A program made the translations under genes and the position numbers. From assembly GCF_009914755.1 (NCBI RefSeq), contig NC_060939.1: DNA of 64,000 nucleotides. One strand, given 5' to 3'. Position 1 is the first letter of the stretch, and every line of letters starts with the position of its first letter. A model generated the notes under the pieces. The model had not been told where the DNA came from, did not search any database, and saw nothing but the letters and a program-made list of their open reading frames with translations. Below are positions 38,431 to 51,316 of the stretch, in pieces. The stretch is from the human T2T-CHM13v2.0 reference genome, Homo sapiens.

Positions 38431-39010
38431 ACCACTACTTAGTTTATTCATTTATTCATCCATTCAACAAATACCTGCCTTGCATGGCTGTAGAAAGGTT
38501 ATGTGGGATGCAGCTTACCTTGCGATCAGCCTCTCCTTCCCCTATCTCCTATATGCAGGAATCCCCAGCTGTTGTTGAATGAATGGACCCCCATTTGCCA
38601 ACTATTCCAGCCGGGATTCTTTGTGATAATTTGTAGAGAGCCTGAGCCAGGTTGGTCCCCAAGGGATCTGGCTGGAAAGTTCCTGTGCATGATTCACATG
38701 TCCCAATCAGCTGTGATTAAGCTTTCCTATCTCCCTGAGAGCTTCATGGAAATCCAGAGATATTTTCAGCCTTGGATCACAGGATTTGGCTAGGCTGTGG
38801 TCTGGGCACAGATAGCAGCTCACGAGAACAGCTCACCGGGGAGCCATTTTCAGCCAGCTCTGCAGCTCTGCTCATATACCTTTCATCAGGCTGCATTTCC
38901 ATGAGAGTTTAAAGATGGTGCATTCACTGAAGAGTCTCCCTGCCTGGGAGAGAGGACGTCTGTGGGACACTCGGTGCATGTTGCATTTATTCTTCTCATT
39001 AAACCATCAC

Positions 39011-39313
39011 AGCTGGGTGGGTGGCTCACACCTGTACTCCCAGCACTTTGGGAGGCTAAGGCAGGAGGACTGCTTGTGTCCAGGATTTTGAGACCAGCCG
39101 GAGTAACATAGCAAGACCTTACTTCTACAAAAAAATTTAAAAAAATTAGCTGGGTGTGGAGTCATGCACCTGTAGCTGCAGCTACTCAGGAGGCTGAAGT
39201 GGGAGGATCGCTTGAGCCCAAGAGGTCCAGGTTGCAGTGAGCCATGATTGTGCCTCTACACTCGAGCCTGGGTGACAGAGCGAGACCCTGTCTCAAATAA
39301 ACAAATAAATAAA
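39011..39313 (+). mobile_element. AluJ with (AAAT)n tail
   Basis: J-type ggaggactgcttg, ggaggatcgcttgagccc and gagaccctgtctc. Confidence 0.9.
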
Positions 39314-39351
39314 TACCATAACAGTGAAATATTAATAGCTGTAATGAATTC

Positions 39352-39791
39352 TTTTACTTTTTTAGATATAGGGTCTCACTACATTGCCTAGGTTGTTCTC
39401 AAACTTCTGGCCTCAAGCAGTCCTTCAGCCTCATCCTCCCATGTAGCTGGGACTACAGGTGTACACCATCATGCCTGGCTCATTTTTAAATTTTTTTTGT
39501 AGAGACAAGGTCTTGCTCTGTCACCCAGGCTCGAGTGCAGTAGCACAGTCATAGCTTGCTGCAGCCTCTCTTGAGCCTAGGAGGGTCCCAAGCATTTCTC
39601 CCACCTCAGCTTCCCAAGTAGGTGAGACTACAGGTGGGTGTCACTGCACTCAGCTAATTTTTTAATTTTTTTGTAGAGATGAGGTCTTGCCATCTTGCCT
39701 AGGCTGGTCTCACACTCCTGGACTTAAACAGTCCTCCCATCTCAGCCTCCCAAAGTGCCAGGATTATAGGCATGAGCCACCGCAGTGGGCC
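39352..39791 (-). mobile_element. AluJ dimer (39481-39791) abutting an extra FLAM/FAM-like monomer (39352-39480)
   Basis: Three consecutive antisense Alu monomers, each with a T-rich linker or tail. Confidence 0.85.
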
Positions 39792-39823
39792 ATCTTGCAT
39801 GTTTCTAGCACGTTTACCTATTT

Positions 39824-39976
39824 CAGTGGATATCAACCCTAGCTGCACATTAGCATCAATCACCTGGGTAGATTTGATAAATACACTTGCCCAGGATTGG
39901 GGAAGGGAGCTGGGCACTGGCGTTTTGTTAAACCTTCCCAGGTGATTTTGATGCACAGGAAGGGTTGAGAACCATT
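39824..39976. mobile_element. MER5-family hAT-Charlie MITE
   Basis: cagtggatatcaaccctagctgcacattag...cccaggtgattttgatgcac...ggttgagaaccatt. Confidence 0.75.
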
Positions 39977-40309
39977 TGTTGTCTGGGGCTCATCAAGGTC
40001 CTATGCATGGGGATTATCGGCCGCATTTCACAGGTCAGGAGCATGAGGCTTGAAGTTACTGAGAAGTTCTCAGGGCCACACACCTGAGGCCAAACAGCTG
40101 CTACAAAGTAGAGCTCGTAGTCAATGCCAAAGAAGCTTATTGCCTTTGGGGCATCTAGAGACAAAAAAGCCTTGGCGTGACCCAATATCCCTGGGGCACC
40201 AGGAGCCAGAACAGCGTTTAGTGGGGTTTGGGCATATGAGTGGTGAATGGCATCAAAGCTCTGAGACTGAGGCTCGGATGCAGGGGTCTCTAGGATCCTG
40301 TGTAGTCTA

Positions 40310-40482
40310 GTGGAGCACTTCTCAAAGTGTAGTCCTTAGGCCAGATGCATGAGCATCACTTGTGAACTTGTTAGAAATGCAGATTCTTCCCCACTGAATC
40401 AGAAGCTCTGGAGGCCCAGAGATCTGTATTTTCACCTACCTTTCAAGTCATCGTGATGCATGTTAAAGTTTGAGAACAACTG
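40310..40482. mobile_element. MER5A-like MITE
   Basis: ttctcaaagtgtagtcc...cttgttagaaatgcagatt...actgaatcagaa...aaagtttgagaacaactg. Confidence 0.8.
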
Positions 40483-40693
40483 ACTTGGTGAAACCATCCT
40501 GGGACTTCATATCAAGTTATCTGGATTGAGTCCACTGTTATTCTTGGCTTTGCCAAGCTCTTTGATCTCTGAGTTTAGCTTTACTCCTCAGAAAGTTGGG
40601 GAATCTATGACTTTGTGAAATGTCTTATTATAGAACTCCATGCACATGTTTATTTGAGTTTACTTGGAAGGTAAACCCTGGTAAAATCTGTTA

Positions 40694-40861
40694 AGTGTGT
40701 TTCATGGGTACACTGCACTTGCATCCATGAAGTGCAGGGAGCTTCTTAGAGATGCAGAATTGCAGCTCCCATCCCAGGCCTACTGAATCAGGATGTACAT
40801 TTTAATAGGATTCCCGAGGAACTTATATACTTCGATGCACATTTTAGTTTGAGAACTGCTG
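40694..40861. mobile_element. MER5A1-like MITE
   Basis: agatgcagaatt...cccaggcctactgaatcagga...agtttgagaactgctg. Confidence 0.7.
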
Positions 40862-42449
40862 AACTAAAGAATTTAGCAAATAGTGATTGTGCTGGGGCTG
40901 CTTGCAGCAACCTGGGTCGAGGGCATCCTTTGGCATCTGGGACTGGCATGAAGTGATGGGATCTGCCTGAGTGACTCAACTGCCCTACTTGTGTTTGTAC
41001 AGCTCTCAGGCGACCAGGCCTTGGTGGGGAGCAGCTAGAAGTGTAGCTCTGGGGGTTTGCTGTCCCCTCTATGCTTGCTATCTAGGGCAGAGGCTGACTA
41101 GGCAGGGGAAATGTGTATGGCAGCAGAGCAGCCTGTGTAGCAGCCTTAGGAACCTCACCGCACAAGCCCATACATCCTCTGCTCTCCACCAGGGTCCGCA
41201 CCAAGTTTGCAGGTTCAGCAGGCGGCATCCTCCACTGTGGAACAGGAGAGCGAGGAGCTGGTAGCATGCTCATCCTGTCACCCTGGAAGGACCCAGACTA
41301 GAGCAGGAAGAAAGCCAGTTATACATGATGCTGCAAGAGACAGCGTGCACCTCCTGGAACGTGTGTGCCTGGGAAAATAGCTGCCAGTTGTCAACATGCA
41401 GCCTCAGCCTACCCAAGGCAGCTGGGCCTTCTTCCTGACACTTTGCAAAAGAGGGCAAGGACAGACTGTTGAGTTCAGCCATGTGGTTGAGTCCTTCAGT
41501 GGAAGAATGTCAGGCAGATAATTGATCCCACAGGGGTCCTGTGAATTATGCAGTCCACCCCTGGGGTATCAGTTCTGGAAAAAGATGGTCCATTTCCAAG
41601 TGTCAGTCATGAAGGTAACTTCATAAAAACTGTACTTTCAAATATATAGCTTATTTTCTTTGGAATGCCCAAACTTAGTCTTTGGACTAATGCCAGAATC
41701 TTAATCCTGAACACATTCAGCAGTCCATTTCTTGCTATATTAGGTAACATATATAAATGTGGCAAAAAAAAAAAAACAACTTGATTTGATCTCGACTCAA
41801 CTATTAACACTGTTATTGAGTTTCTGTTGTTCAAAATAGAAATAAAGCATTTTTATGGCAAGAAAAGCATGTTTATTTGACTTAGGCCCCTTGAAAATTG
41901 CCCAGTTGTGTAAGTAAACACTTAAAAACAAAGCATTTAGGGGTAAGTTGCCAGAGGTGCTTGATAAATGCACGTGAGAATGAAATCTGAGAATTGCTGG
42001 CTGGTTGTTTTTTGTATCTTCACAGTGACTTTCCCACTAGAAACCTCAGCCTCCTTAGATCTGTTATCCCAGATGTTTCTTTGGAGCCAGTTCAGTTCTT
42101 TCTCGTTGTTAAATATTTATACAACCTGCCTGTTTTGCTTCGCTACATGCATAGCATGGCTGATGCTGCTGAACTGTTTGTGTTTTTTTCTCATATTTTA
42201 TGTTGAAAGATATTCCATGAATCTGGACAGATTTCCAGCCCAGGCTGTTGGGTTCATTATCACTCTTGTGTCACAGCAGATAAAGGAGTCAGAGTGGTGC
42301 TTTTGCACACGTTGCTGACTCTGGCTGGAAGGCTGGCCTCCCTGCACACAGTGAGCTCCACCAGCCGTGTGTGCTGAGGAGTGGTGGTGGGGATGGGGGG
42401 CGGTGCATAGGGGTGTAGGGAGGCAGCGGGGGAGTGGAAGAATCCCTGT

Positions 42450-42620
42450 ACTTGGAGTCAGATGAACCTGGTGACAGTTACAGTCCATGGCCTTTACCTT
42501 GGGTGAATGACTTAACCTCCCTGAGCCTCAGTTTTCTCGCTTGTAAATGCAAACAATAATGCATCTCCTACAAAACTGCTTTGAAGCAGGCATTCAATGA
42601 CATATGGGATAGTATTAATG
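42450..42620 (+). mobile_element. MIR SINE
   Basis: ttggagtcagatgaacctgg...accttgggtgaatgacttaacctccctgagcctcagttttc. Confidence 0.75.
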
Positions 42621-42922
42621 ATAGTGTTTGGGAATTGTAGAGAGTTCATTCATTTGTTTTAATAACTGCAAATTCCATTTAAACACTACTATAGATCAGT
42701 GGTTTCCCAAACTTTCCATCTTGCCCTGCTTTATTTGTCTTCTTAGCTCTCTAAAATGTGTCTTAGGATTTTGGTACTGTTGACAAGGGAAGATGGGTAG
42801 GCCCTGATCTTTGTTAGTTTTGCCCCTTTACAAAAGTGTGACATGTGCTTGAGAATCCCCATTGCAGGCTCAGGTAGAGGAGAGGGAAGAAAAGAGGCAC
42901 TTACTTTTTTCTTTCTCTTTGT

Positions 42923-43478
42923 TCTATTCATTCATCCATTCATCCAGCATGTATTTAGTGAGTACTAACTAACTTGGTGCAAGACACTGTACTAAGTGCT
43001 GGGGATCTAGTGATGAATAAAACCCATGTGGCCTGGCTCTTGTGGAGTTTACAGTTCAGTGGGGAAAAGAGACACCAAAGAGATAATCACATCTAACACA
43101 CTGTGGTAGGTGTTGTGGAGGAAAAGGCCAGGAGGGCAACAAGAACAAACAATACAGAATGGGACATGTCTGGGCAGGTTGGAGAATGCCCCTGTGAGTG
43201 ACTGATGCCTGGTGAGATCTAATAAGGAAGCAGAAGGCAGCCAGGTGAGGAGATGGTGAAGCGTGGGGAGAGGGGATGCTGACTCCAAGACCAATTGCAG
43301 GCCACTGAGGATTTTAACCAGTAGAGGCCCATGAACCATGTTAGATGTGAGATGCTCACTCTGGTGACAGAGTGGAGAACATGTCATAGGACAACCAGAC
43401 AGGTTTGGGGTATTCAAGGTTAGGAGGATGCTAGAGTTATCTATGCGAGGGCTGATGCAGGCTTGGGTTGGGGAGGAG
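42923..43478 (-). mobile_element. L2 3' fragment, interrupted by an MLT1 LTR
   Basis: ttcattcatccattcatccagcatgtattt L2 terminus; actaagtgctgggga...ggagtttacagttcagtgggg. Confidence 0.75.
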
Positions 43479-43934
43479 TATAGTTTCCTCTGGCTGCCGT
43501 AGTACATTACTACAAACTGGGCAGCTTAAAACAATGGGAATGTGTTATCTTGCCGTTCTGGAGGTCAGAAGTCCAAAATCAAGGTGTCAGCAGCCAGGTC
43601 AGTTATTTCTGGAGGCTGTGAGGAAGAACCTGTTCCATGGCTGTCTCCTAGCTCTGGTGGTAGCTGACAGTCCTTGCCATTCCTTGTAGACACATCGGTC
43701 CAATCTCTGTCTCCATCATAAGGTGGCATTTTCCCTTTGTGTCTCTGGGTCCAAATTTCCCTCTTCTAAGAATACCAGTCTGTTGGATTAGGGCCCACCT
43801 TAATCTGGTATGACCTCATTTTAACTTGATTCTATCTACAAAGACTTTCTTTCCAAATAAGGTCACATATGCAAGTTCTGAGTGGACATGAATTTTGGGC
43901 AGGGGGTGGTTGGAGACACTGTAAAACCCAGTAT
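43479..43934 (-). mobile_element. MLT1C-like MaLR LTR
   Basis: ggctgccgtagtacattactacaaactggg...ttctggaggtcagaagtccaaaatcaaggtgtcagca...ggattagggcccacct. Confidence 0.85.
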
Positions 43935-46089
43935 AGATTGTAACAGTGGAGATGGAGGGAAGTGGTTAACTTCACCAGATATGTAGGCAGTGAAACCAAC
44001 AAGGGGAGTTGATCCACTCACTCTAGTCCTTTACCCAAATAGTGTTTTAAAAAAGCTGATATCCAGGGTCATTGGTGGCCTCGTTGGTGCCTCTTCTCAT
44101 TGTCAGATCTCTTCTACTAGAAGCAAGTTTAACTGCGGGGAGGACAGGAGGCACCTCCTCAGCATCCCTGACTTGTCGTGTTGAGTCAAGCCACAAAATC
44201 CACTGCTTCCTTTGATGTTTATGCGTTCACTGATGGATCCCTTTGGACCCACAAGCCTATTTTTGTAGATCAACTTGGGTGCAATGCAGAATGTGCTCAT
44301 TGTGCCCTGCTGGGGGATAGGAATACTCACTGGTGTTAATTTTTTATAATTGCTAATCACCTATGCAGTGAGTCAGCAGAGGTACAGCCCTAGGAATGGT
44401 CTTCTAGGCTGTGGGTGGTGTGGGATTTGATTTGCCCCACCATGTAGGCATGGAGCCCATTCAGATGTGAACGTGGTTACAGGTTGAGCCTTGCTGTATC
44501 GATTCCTCTGCTTCACTTTCCTGCTCTATTCCTCTTCATTTCCTTCCAGATGGGGCTACTGATGCTCACCACTCATCCATCTGGAGTAGGCTGAAGCTAC
44601 CCTAGGTGGGACAGAGCAGCACTTCCCCCTCTTCCTCTCCACACCTCCCTGATATGGCAGGGCTTGGAATTCAGTCGCCGTGCAGACCCAGGCAGGCAGT
44701 TGAATTCCTCCAGGCTGCCCCTTGCTGTACTTCTCCCTGCTTCTCATACCACCCAGCCCTGAGCCCGGGCTTCCATCTCTCTTCGCCTGCCTTTGTCCTG
44801 ACCTGATTCATCCTCTCATGCCTGAGTCCTGCCCACCTCCCCGTGCCTTGGGTCAGACCTGCCCCTTCATGTTGTCCATGCGCACAGCAGCAGAGCTGGG
44901 CACAATCCAGAGCCGAGGTCAGGGCTGTTTTTGCTGAGAGCAGTGGCAGGTCGCCACACTGAGGGTGGGTTCAGATGGGGCGCGTGGAGGGGTCAAGGCC
45001 AGGAACTGATGCAGGAGAGGGTGCAGGGAGATGGGCCAGAATGTCTGAGTGGGGAACAAGCCATGCACATCCAGGAGTTGAGAAGTTTGGCCCCCAGCTC
45101 AGGACATAGTCTGTGACTGACACCTGGCCCGCTCAGGCCTGGCTCTGACAGCCTGCAAGGTACGGGCTCAGTTTCCAGATGTTGGACTTAGATAGCTGGT
45201 ACTTGACCATTGTGCCTACATTTCCAGAAGCTTCCTTTATAATCGGACCCTGAAACCAGACCAGGGCACCTGCCCCTCACCAGTCTCCTTCGTCTTCTGG
45301 ACCTTGTCTTCTAGGTATGCAGACCTCCCATGCTTTGTTCATGGCAACAACTTCTTAGGGAAGGGATCTAAAACAGAAGCCAACCTGGGCATTGCAAGAC
45401 CGGAAGAGGAGGCTTGCCCAGTAATGTCACTGAATGACTGGATTTTCCATGCATGGTAAATATTTCTTTGTAAGAGAAATAACGGAGAGGACACAGCCTC
45501 CCCAGCACAGGGCTTACAGGGAATCAGGGAGGCTGCCAGGGATACAAGTAGAACAGCCCTCACTGTGAACCTTATGTGCATTTTATGTACACATCCAACT
45601 AGGTTCTCCCTTTTGGCATTAGAGAACAAGCCGCTTCCCTCTAAACAAGATTCTGTAGTAGAGGGAGCTCTCCAGCCTCTGCCTGAGCTGGGCTGTTGGG
45701 AATCAGGAAGTTGGGTTTGAGAAGCAGGGAGAGGTGGTCTGCAGGATCCAGGCCTTTCCCAACTCCCAATAACAGTGCATCTCTGTCCTGGATAAAGAGG
45801 GAGTAGGCGGTGAAAGTTCTCTTCAGTGGTTCAACATACATATTTTCTATCCCACCAAAAATGTATGTGAATCGACTTGAGAATGCTAAATCTTGCTTTA
45901 AATTCATGCAGAGATTTAACCATGTAACACTGGTGTGCTTCTTTGTAATGCTAAAAGTCACCTCCTAAAGTTCCTACATTCTCATTTTCGTATTATGGCT
46001 TTTCTTGAAACAAGGCATACCCAAGTGACGCCTGAAGAACATTTATTACAGCTTTGTACATAAGTTTTTAAAATTCCCAGCTCTTAAAA

Positions 46090-46252
46090 CAGTGGTTCTC
46101 AATCTCATTGTGCATCAGAATTCTGTTGATTCTTTTAAAAATTCAGATGCCAGGACTCCACTCCATTTCTGTGAACTCGACTGTACCATAGTGAAGTTCA
46201 GACATCTGTCTTTCAAAAGCTACCCTGATGATTCCAGTGTGGACCAACTACT
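46090..46252. mobile_element. MER5-family MITE
   Basis: cagtggttctcaatctc...gcatcagaat...cagatgccagg. Confidence 0.65.
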
Positions 46253-47602
46253 GCTCCCCAATGCGACCCCTGCCAACAAACCCCACGCATAAATAAAATA
46301 AAATAAAATAATACAACCTAATTTGTCCTTTATCTAGGAGATAAATTTCAGGAAGATAGTTTCTTAATTTACTACCACCGAAAACCAAAATGTTAAAAAT
46401 GTAGTCATCAACACAACTGAAAAATGTGCAGCACTTAGCATTCTAAGTCCTCTTTGAAAGAGTCTTGATTTCCTAATGAAGTATCTTTTATCCTAACTTT
46501 GATGTTCAGGAAGCCAATCGACAAATACTTTTTTCTTCCTTCTATAACAGGAAACTACAACAGAAATAACCTAGAAGTAGTATTTTTTTAGGCAGATATA
46601 ATTACTTTGAGTTACTTTGGGATGTTTGAAAAGACGAATTGAATCATTGCTTCTTGCTGGTATGATTTAGATTTCAGTAATCATCTCACGTGATAGTCAT
46701 ATTTTGTAATACTTTGGTTAAAAATAGCTTTGTTGCAAAAACTCCAGTGTGATAAAGAAAATAAAATAGTTTCCTTTAGCTTCACCAAAGACAGACACAT
46801 TTCCCTCTGAAATGTCATGACTCATGCCACATGGCTAAATAAAAGTGCACGTATAGCACTGATCTTTCCTGTTTATTGCTTTTTTAGTAGAAGCTAATTG
46901 AGGAAAACATCTGCATCCAGTTTTCCCTTTATTTTTGTAGATTCTTTTCTTCTACTCCAACGCAAAGCCTCCCTGGACAGTCATTTGCTCAGGCAGTGAT
47001 CTGATAGATGGCTTTCAGTTTTCTCCTTTTGGGTGATGACATAAATTACTCTGCAATGAGCTATTTACAATGCCACTCTTTAACCTTGAGCTGAGCGCAC
47101 ACGTTCTAAGGACCTGAACTCACAAGAGCTCGGCATCATGAGGGTCACACAGGCTGACTCTTCTCTCAGTTCTACAGCTCTCTCCATAATAGGCCTGTGA
47201 AGTGGCCACTGGCTTCTTTTTGAACACCTGCAGTGGCAGAGCTGGCCACCTCAGAAGATAGCCCTTTCTACACTGGAACAGTGCACTTGTACTCAGTTTG
47301 AAGTTATCCCCAGTAACCCTTGCCATCGTCTTAGCACAGCCCACATTGCTTGCTAGGGCTGGGAATTGGCAGATGGGTGGACTCACCGACAGCCATGGTG
47401 GGGGGTTAAGAGCATGGACTTTCTGCCTGGGTTTGAGTCTTCGTTTCCCCGCTGACCAGTTGGGTGATCTTGGACAGGGTACAGGGATCCTCCCTGAGCC
47501 TCCAGTTCCTCATCAGTGTTGGTGTGAGGATGGTGCCCAAGACAGTGCCTGGCGTGGTCTGGGTACTCAGTAAATGCTTGTCATCTTTTTTTTTCCCCCA
47601 AC

Positions 47603-48075
47603 CGTAGGCAGCTTTGTCTTGGGAGGTATTCTCAGTCCCTACCTAGTCAGGGATTCGTGCACACACTTTTGTAAGCACTCCCAGGAGAAAGTGGTGAGAG
47701 AGAGAAGCTGGATAGGTCAGGACAGGTCAGAAGAGAAGCCAGGCAAAGATGTGATTCTGGGGAGTCTAGCTTCAACCTGATCTGCAGGGACAAAGCCTGG
47801 GAGAGTAAGTTGCACAGAGTCAGTCCCTCTTTGAGGCAAGGGTGTGGGGTTTTGCAGTCCCTCTTTGAGGCAAATAAGTCACTGGTCGCAGGCCTTGAGG
47901 GGTGGGTGTAACTCCTAGATAACTTCAGTCCAGGCGGCTTCAAGGAGAAGGCTCTGGAGAAGATGCAGGTGTGAGCCATCAGCTGAAGAACCTGCAGCAG
48001 CTAGGAGAGGACCCAGCAGTCAAATTGGTGCGTGAGATCCAGGGTATCTGGGCGGGACATCCGCAGTGTCTACTG
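47603..48075 (-). mobile_element. Old ERVL-type LTR (LTR16-like), tentative
   Basis: Resembles remembered LTR16 motifs (cagggattcgtgcacac..., ggtatctgggcgggacatccgcagtgtctact); family uncertain. Confidence 0.4.
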
Positions 48076-48755
48076 AAGCCCACGGAAGAAAGCCTGTTGG
48101 TGGAGCTGGCTGCAGGCTGGCCACCAGAGCAGCTGAGGTTTACCCAAAATAACCTGACAATGCAAAGAGCCCCTCCATGTGGATGCAGACCCCGCCCCAC
48201 AGTCCCGTCTCCCCTCGGGGCTGCCCACAGCCTGGCCCAAGACTGAGGCCAGCAACTAGGGCTTGGCCACCAGGTCTTCACAGATGAAGGGGAAACCTCT
48301 TTATGGGAGGCAAATTGCATATCTTAGTTTAAGTCAACAGATAGTTATCAGCACAAGTCACTGCACTAGAAACGGAAGATGCAGCAATGCATGAAACTGT
48401 GGTCACCATGCATCATGGAGCTTTACCCCAGGAAATGGACAAACAGGCAGTTATATAATGAATATAGAGTCAAATTGGTGGCATGTTCTAAAGAAAAAGA
48501 ACAGGAGGCTATGGGACAGGGGCAGGGGACCCTAATTTACACGTTAGAGGTGGTGGGGAGAGTGGAGCAGGGAAAGGCCTCTGAGGAAATGACTATAAAG
48601 CTGAAAATGGAAGGACATGAATGGGAATTAGCAATTTGTGAGGTGGTAGGGGGAGTGAGGTCAAGAACTTTCCCAGCCATGGGAATAGCATAGCATGTGA
48701 AAAGGCTCTGGGGCAGGGAAGGTATTGGTGGCTCTGGGGAAGTGAGGAAGGCCAT

Positions 48756-49101
48756 TGTATTAGTTAGTTTTCACGCTGCTGATAAAGACATACCTGAGAC
48801 TGGGAAGAAAAAGAGGTTTCATGGCCTTACAGTTCCACATGGCTGGGGAGGCCTCACAATCATGGCAGAAGGCAAGGAGGAACAAGTCACGACTTACATG
48901 GATGGTGGCAGGCAAAAAGGGAAGTGCTTGTGTGGGGAACCCCTTTTTATTACCATCAGATCTTGTGAGACTTATTCACTATCACGAGAACAGCACGTGA
49001 AAGACCTGCTCCCATGATTCAATTACCTCCCACCGGATCCCTTCAACGACATGTGGGAATTCAAGATGAGATTTGAGTGGGGACACAGCCAAGCCATATC
49101 C
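48756..49101 (-). mobile_element. THE1 (A/B-like) solo LTR inserted in an L2 remnant
   Basis: tgtattagt..ttttcacgctgctgataaagacatacctgagactggg...ggggacacagccaagccatatc; L2-like sequence on both sides. Confidence 0.92.
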
Positions 49102-49609
49102 CTTGCAGTGAGATGAGGGGGAAACGTCAGGCCAGGGACAGCCACAGAGAACCATTATGCACTTGGAATTTACTGTTAGTGCAAGAAGCAGTCCCTGAAA
49201 GCATGTTAACATGATCCAATTTGCATTTTTATATAGAAAGACTGTTCTGGTTGCTGGAAGGGAAATGGATATTTTGGGGAGTGAGGTTGGGAGGATCCAA
49301 GAAGAGAAGAAATTAATATTTACATACTGTGTAAAGTGACTTCACAAATACATCTCATTTACTTCTCAGGACAGGCCTTTTTTTTTTTTTTTTTTTTTTT
49401 TAAGTATAGGCATATTCAGTTGTTCCAGCACCTTTGGTTTTTTGGTGATTTTTTGCTTTGTTTTGCTTTTTAATCTCTTGGCTGAATCACAGTACCTTCA
49501 CTGAAAAGACAATTCTTTCTCTACTGAATTGCCTTTGCACACCAATTATATCTACACAGGTGTACGTCTATTTCTGGACTCTGTGCTATTCTGTTTATGC
49601 AGAGTGTCC

Positions 49610-49917
49610 TTCTTTCTTTCTTTCTTTCTTTTTTTTTCTAGACAGGGTCTTCTTTGGTTGCCCAGGCTGGAGTGCAGTGGCACCATCACAGCTCACAGCG
49701 GCCTTGCCCTTCCAGGCTGAAGTGATCTTCCCACCTTAGCCTCCTGAGTAACTGGGACTACAGCCATGCGCCACCACGTCTGGCTAATTTTTTTATTCTT
49801 TGTAGAGAAAAGGTCTGGTGTTGCCCAGGCTGATTTCAAACTCCTAGGCTCAAGCCATCCTCCTGCCTCAGCCTCCCAAAATGCTGGGATTATGGGCATG
49901 AGCCACCATGCCTGGCT
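49610..49917 (-). mobile_element. AluJ with (TTTC)n tail, inserted into an old antisense L1M fragment (about 49378-49990)
   Basis: J-type gcaccatcacagctcacagc and ctcctaggctcaagccatcc. Flanks ttcagttgttccagcacc and ttagtcctccaactttgttc are L1-like. Confidence 0.88.
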
Positions 49918-50520
49918 CAGTGTCTTGATTACTACAGCTTTATCATCTTCAAATCAGATAATGTTAGTCCTCCAACTTTGTTCCTCTTTTCCAGTCTCTC
50001 GGGGTCCTTCACTACCTGATGTCCAATGTGTAAGAACTATTCTATAGATTTTACTGGGTGCTTGATGGTTTCAGAAGGGAAGGTCAGTCTGGCTCCTGTT
50101 ACTTGGTTGGAAGCAGAGGTCCTTATGATAATTTCTTTGAATGCCTCTTCTCTGTCTCCTCTGTCAGCTCAGTTCTCAAATTCCTGTGATGGATTGCCTG
50201 ACTCTCTTATCTAGGAATCTTAGCCTTTTGCATATTATATTTACCTCCTTTCCCTTTTGTTTTGTGTGTGTGTTTGTGAGTGTGTATGTGTGTGTGTGTG
50301 ACCTCGGAGAATTTCCAAAGGTTTCTTTTAATTCATTGATTCAGTTTTTAGCAGTATCACTATTTATTGCCTCCATTTGGGTATTCATTTCTGAAATCAT
50401 GTTTTTCATCTAAAAGCAATCTTTCTTGGTCCGAGGTTATTTTCTTTTTATTATGAAAGATTTTCTCAAATATTGCTGAGACTTAATGTTTCAACATATT
50501 GTGTTCTTTCTGTTTCTTGG

Positions 50521-50925
50521 TGTCTTAATCTGTTTACTGCTGCTATAACAGAATACCACAGACTGATTAATTTATAATGAACAGAAACTTATTTGGCTTA
50601 CAGTTCTGGAAACTGGGAAGTCCAAGACCATGGTTCTGACATCTGGCAGGGGCCCTCGTGCTGTGTCATCCCATGGTGGAAGGCAAAAGACTGAGAGAGC
50701 AAAAGCAAGAGAGAACGAGACAGAGAGCGGAAAGCAAGAAGGGCCAAGCTTGCTTTTATAACAAACCCATCCCTACAATCATGACATTAAACTATTCATG
50801 AGGGCTCTGCCCTCCTGAGGCCTTATGACTTGATCACCTCTTAAAGGTCTTACCTCACAACACTCTTGCATTGGGGATTAAGTTTCCAATACATGAGCTT
50901 TGGAGGACACATTCAAACCACAGCA
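50521..50925 (-). mobile_element. MSTC/MSTD-like MaLR LTR
   Basis: tgtcttaatctgttt..gctgctataacagaataccacagact...gacacattcaaaccacagca. Confidence 0.85.
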
Positions 50926-51316
50926 AGTGGCGGGGGGTGGGGGTGGGGGATTTGTTCTGATTTTTCCTGAATTGTGTACAGCTATCTGGGAGCTGCAGCC
51001 GAGGCAGCCCTGTACCTTGGTCACCGTTACCTGAAGTTAGTAGGGCCATGCCCACTCCTTTACATGAAATGCTGCCTCTCAGAAGCAGGCTGTGGCAGCT
51101 TTTCTTCCTCTTTATGTGGCAGGTTGTTTGCTTTAAGTCAGGGTGATATGAGGGGGCTCTGCCTCTGGCCTCACTGTGATTATACCCTAGGTCACTTGTC
51201 TTCTGCTTCCTGATTTCCTGTTCTCTCTCTCCTGCTTGGAGTTTGGAAACTTCTAGTAGGGAACTCTTTCACTTTCTTCCCAGGCAGTTTGTTTCCTCAT
51301 ATTGGTTGAACCATGA

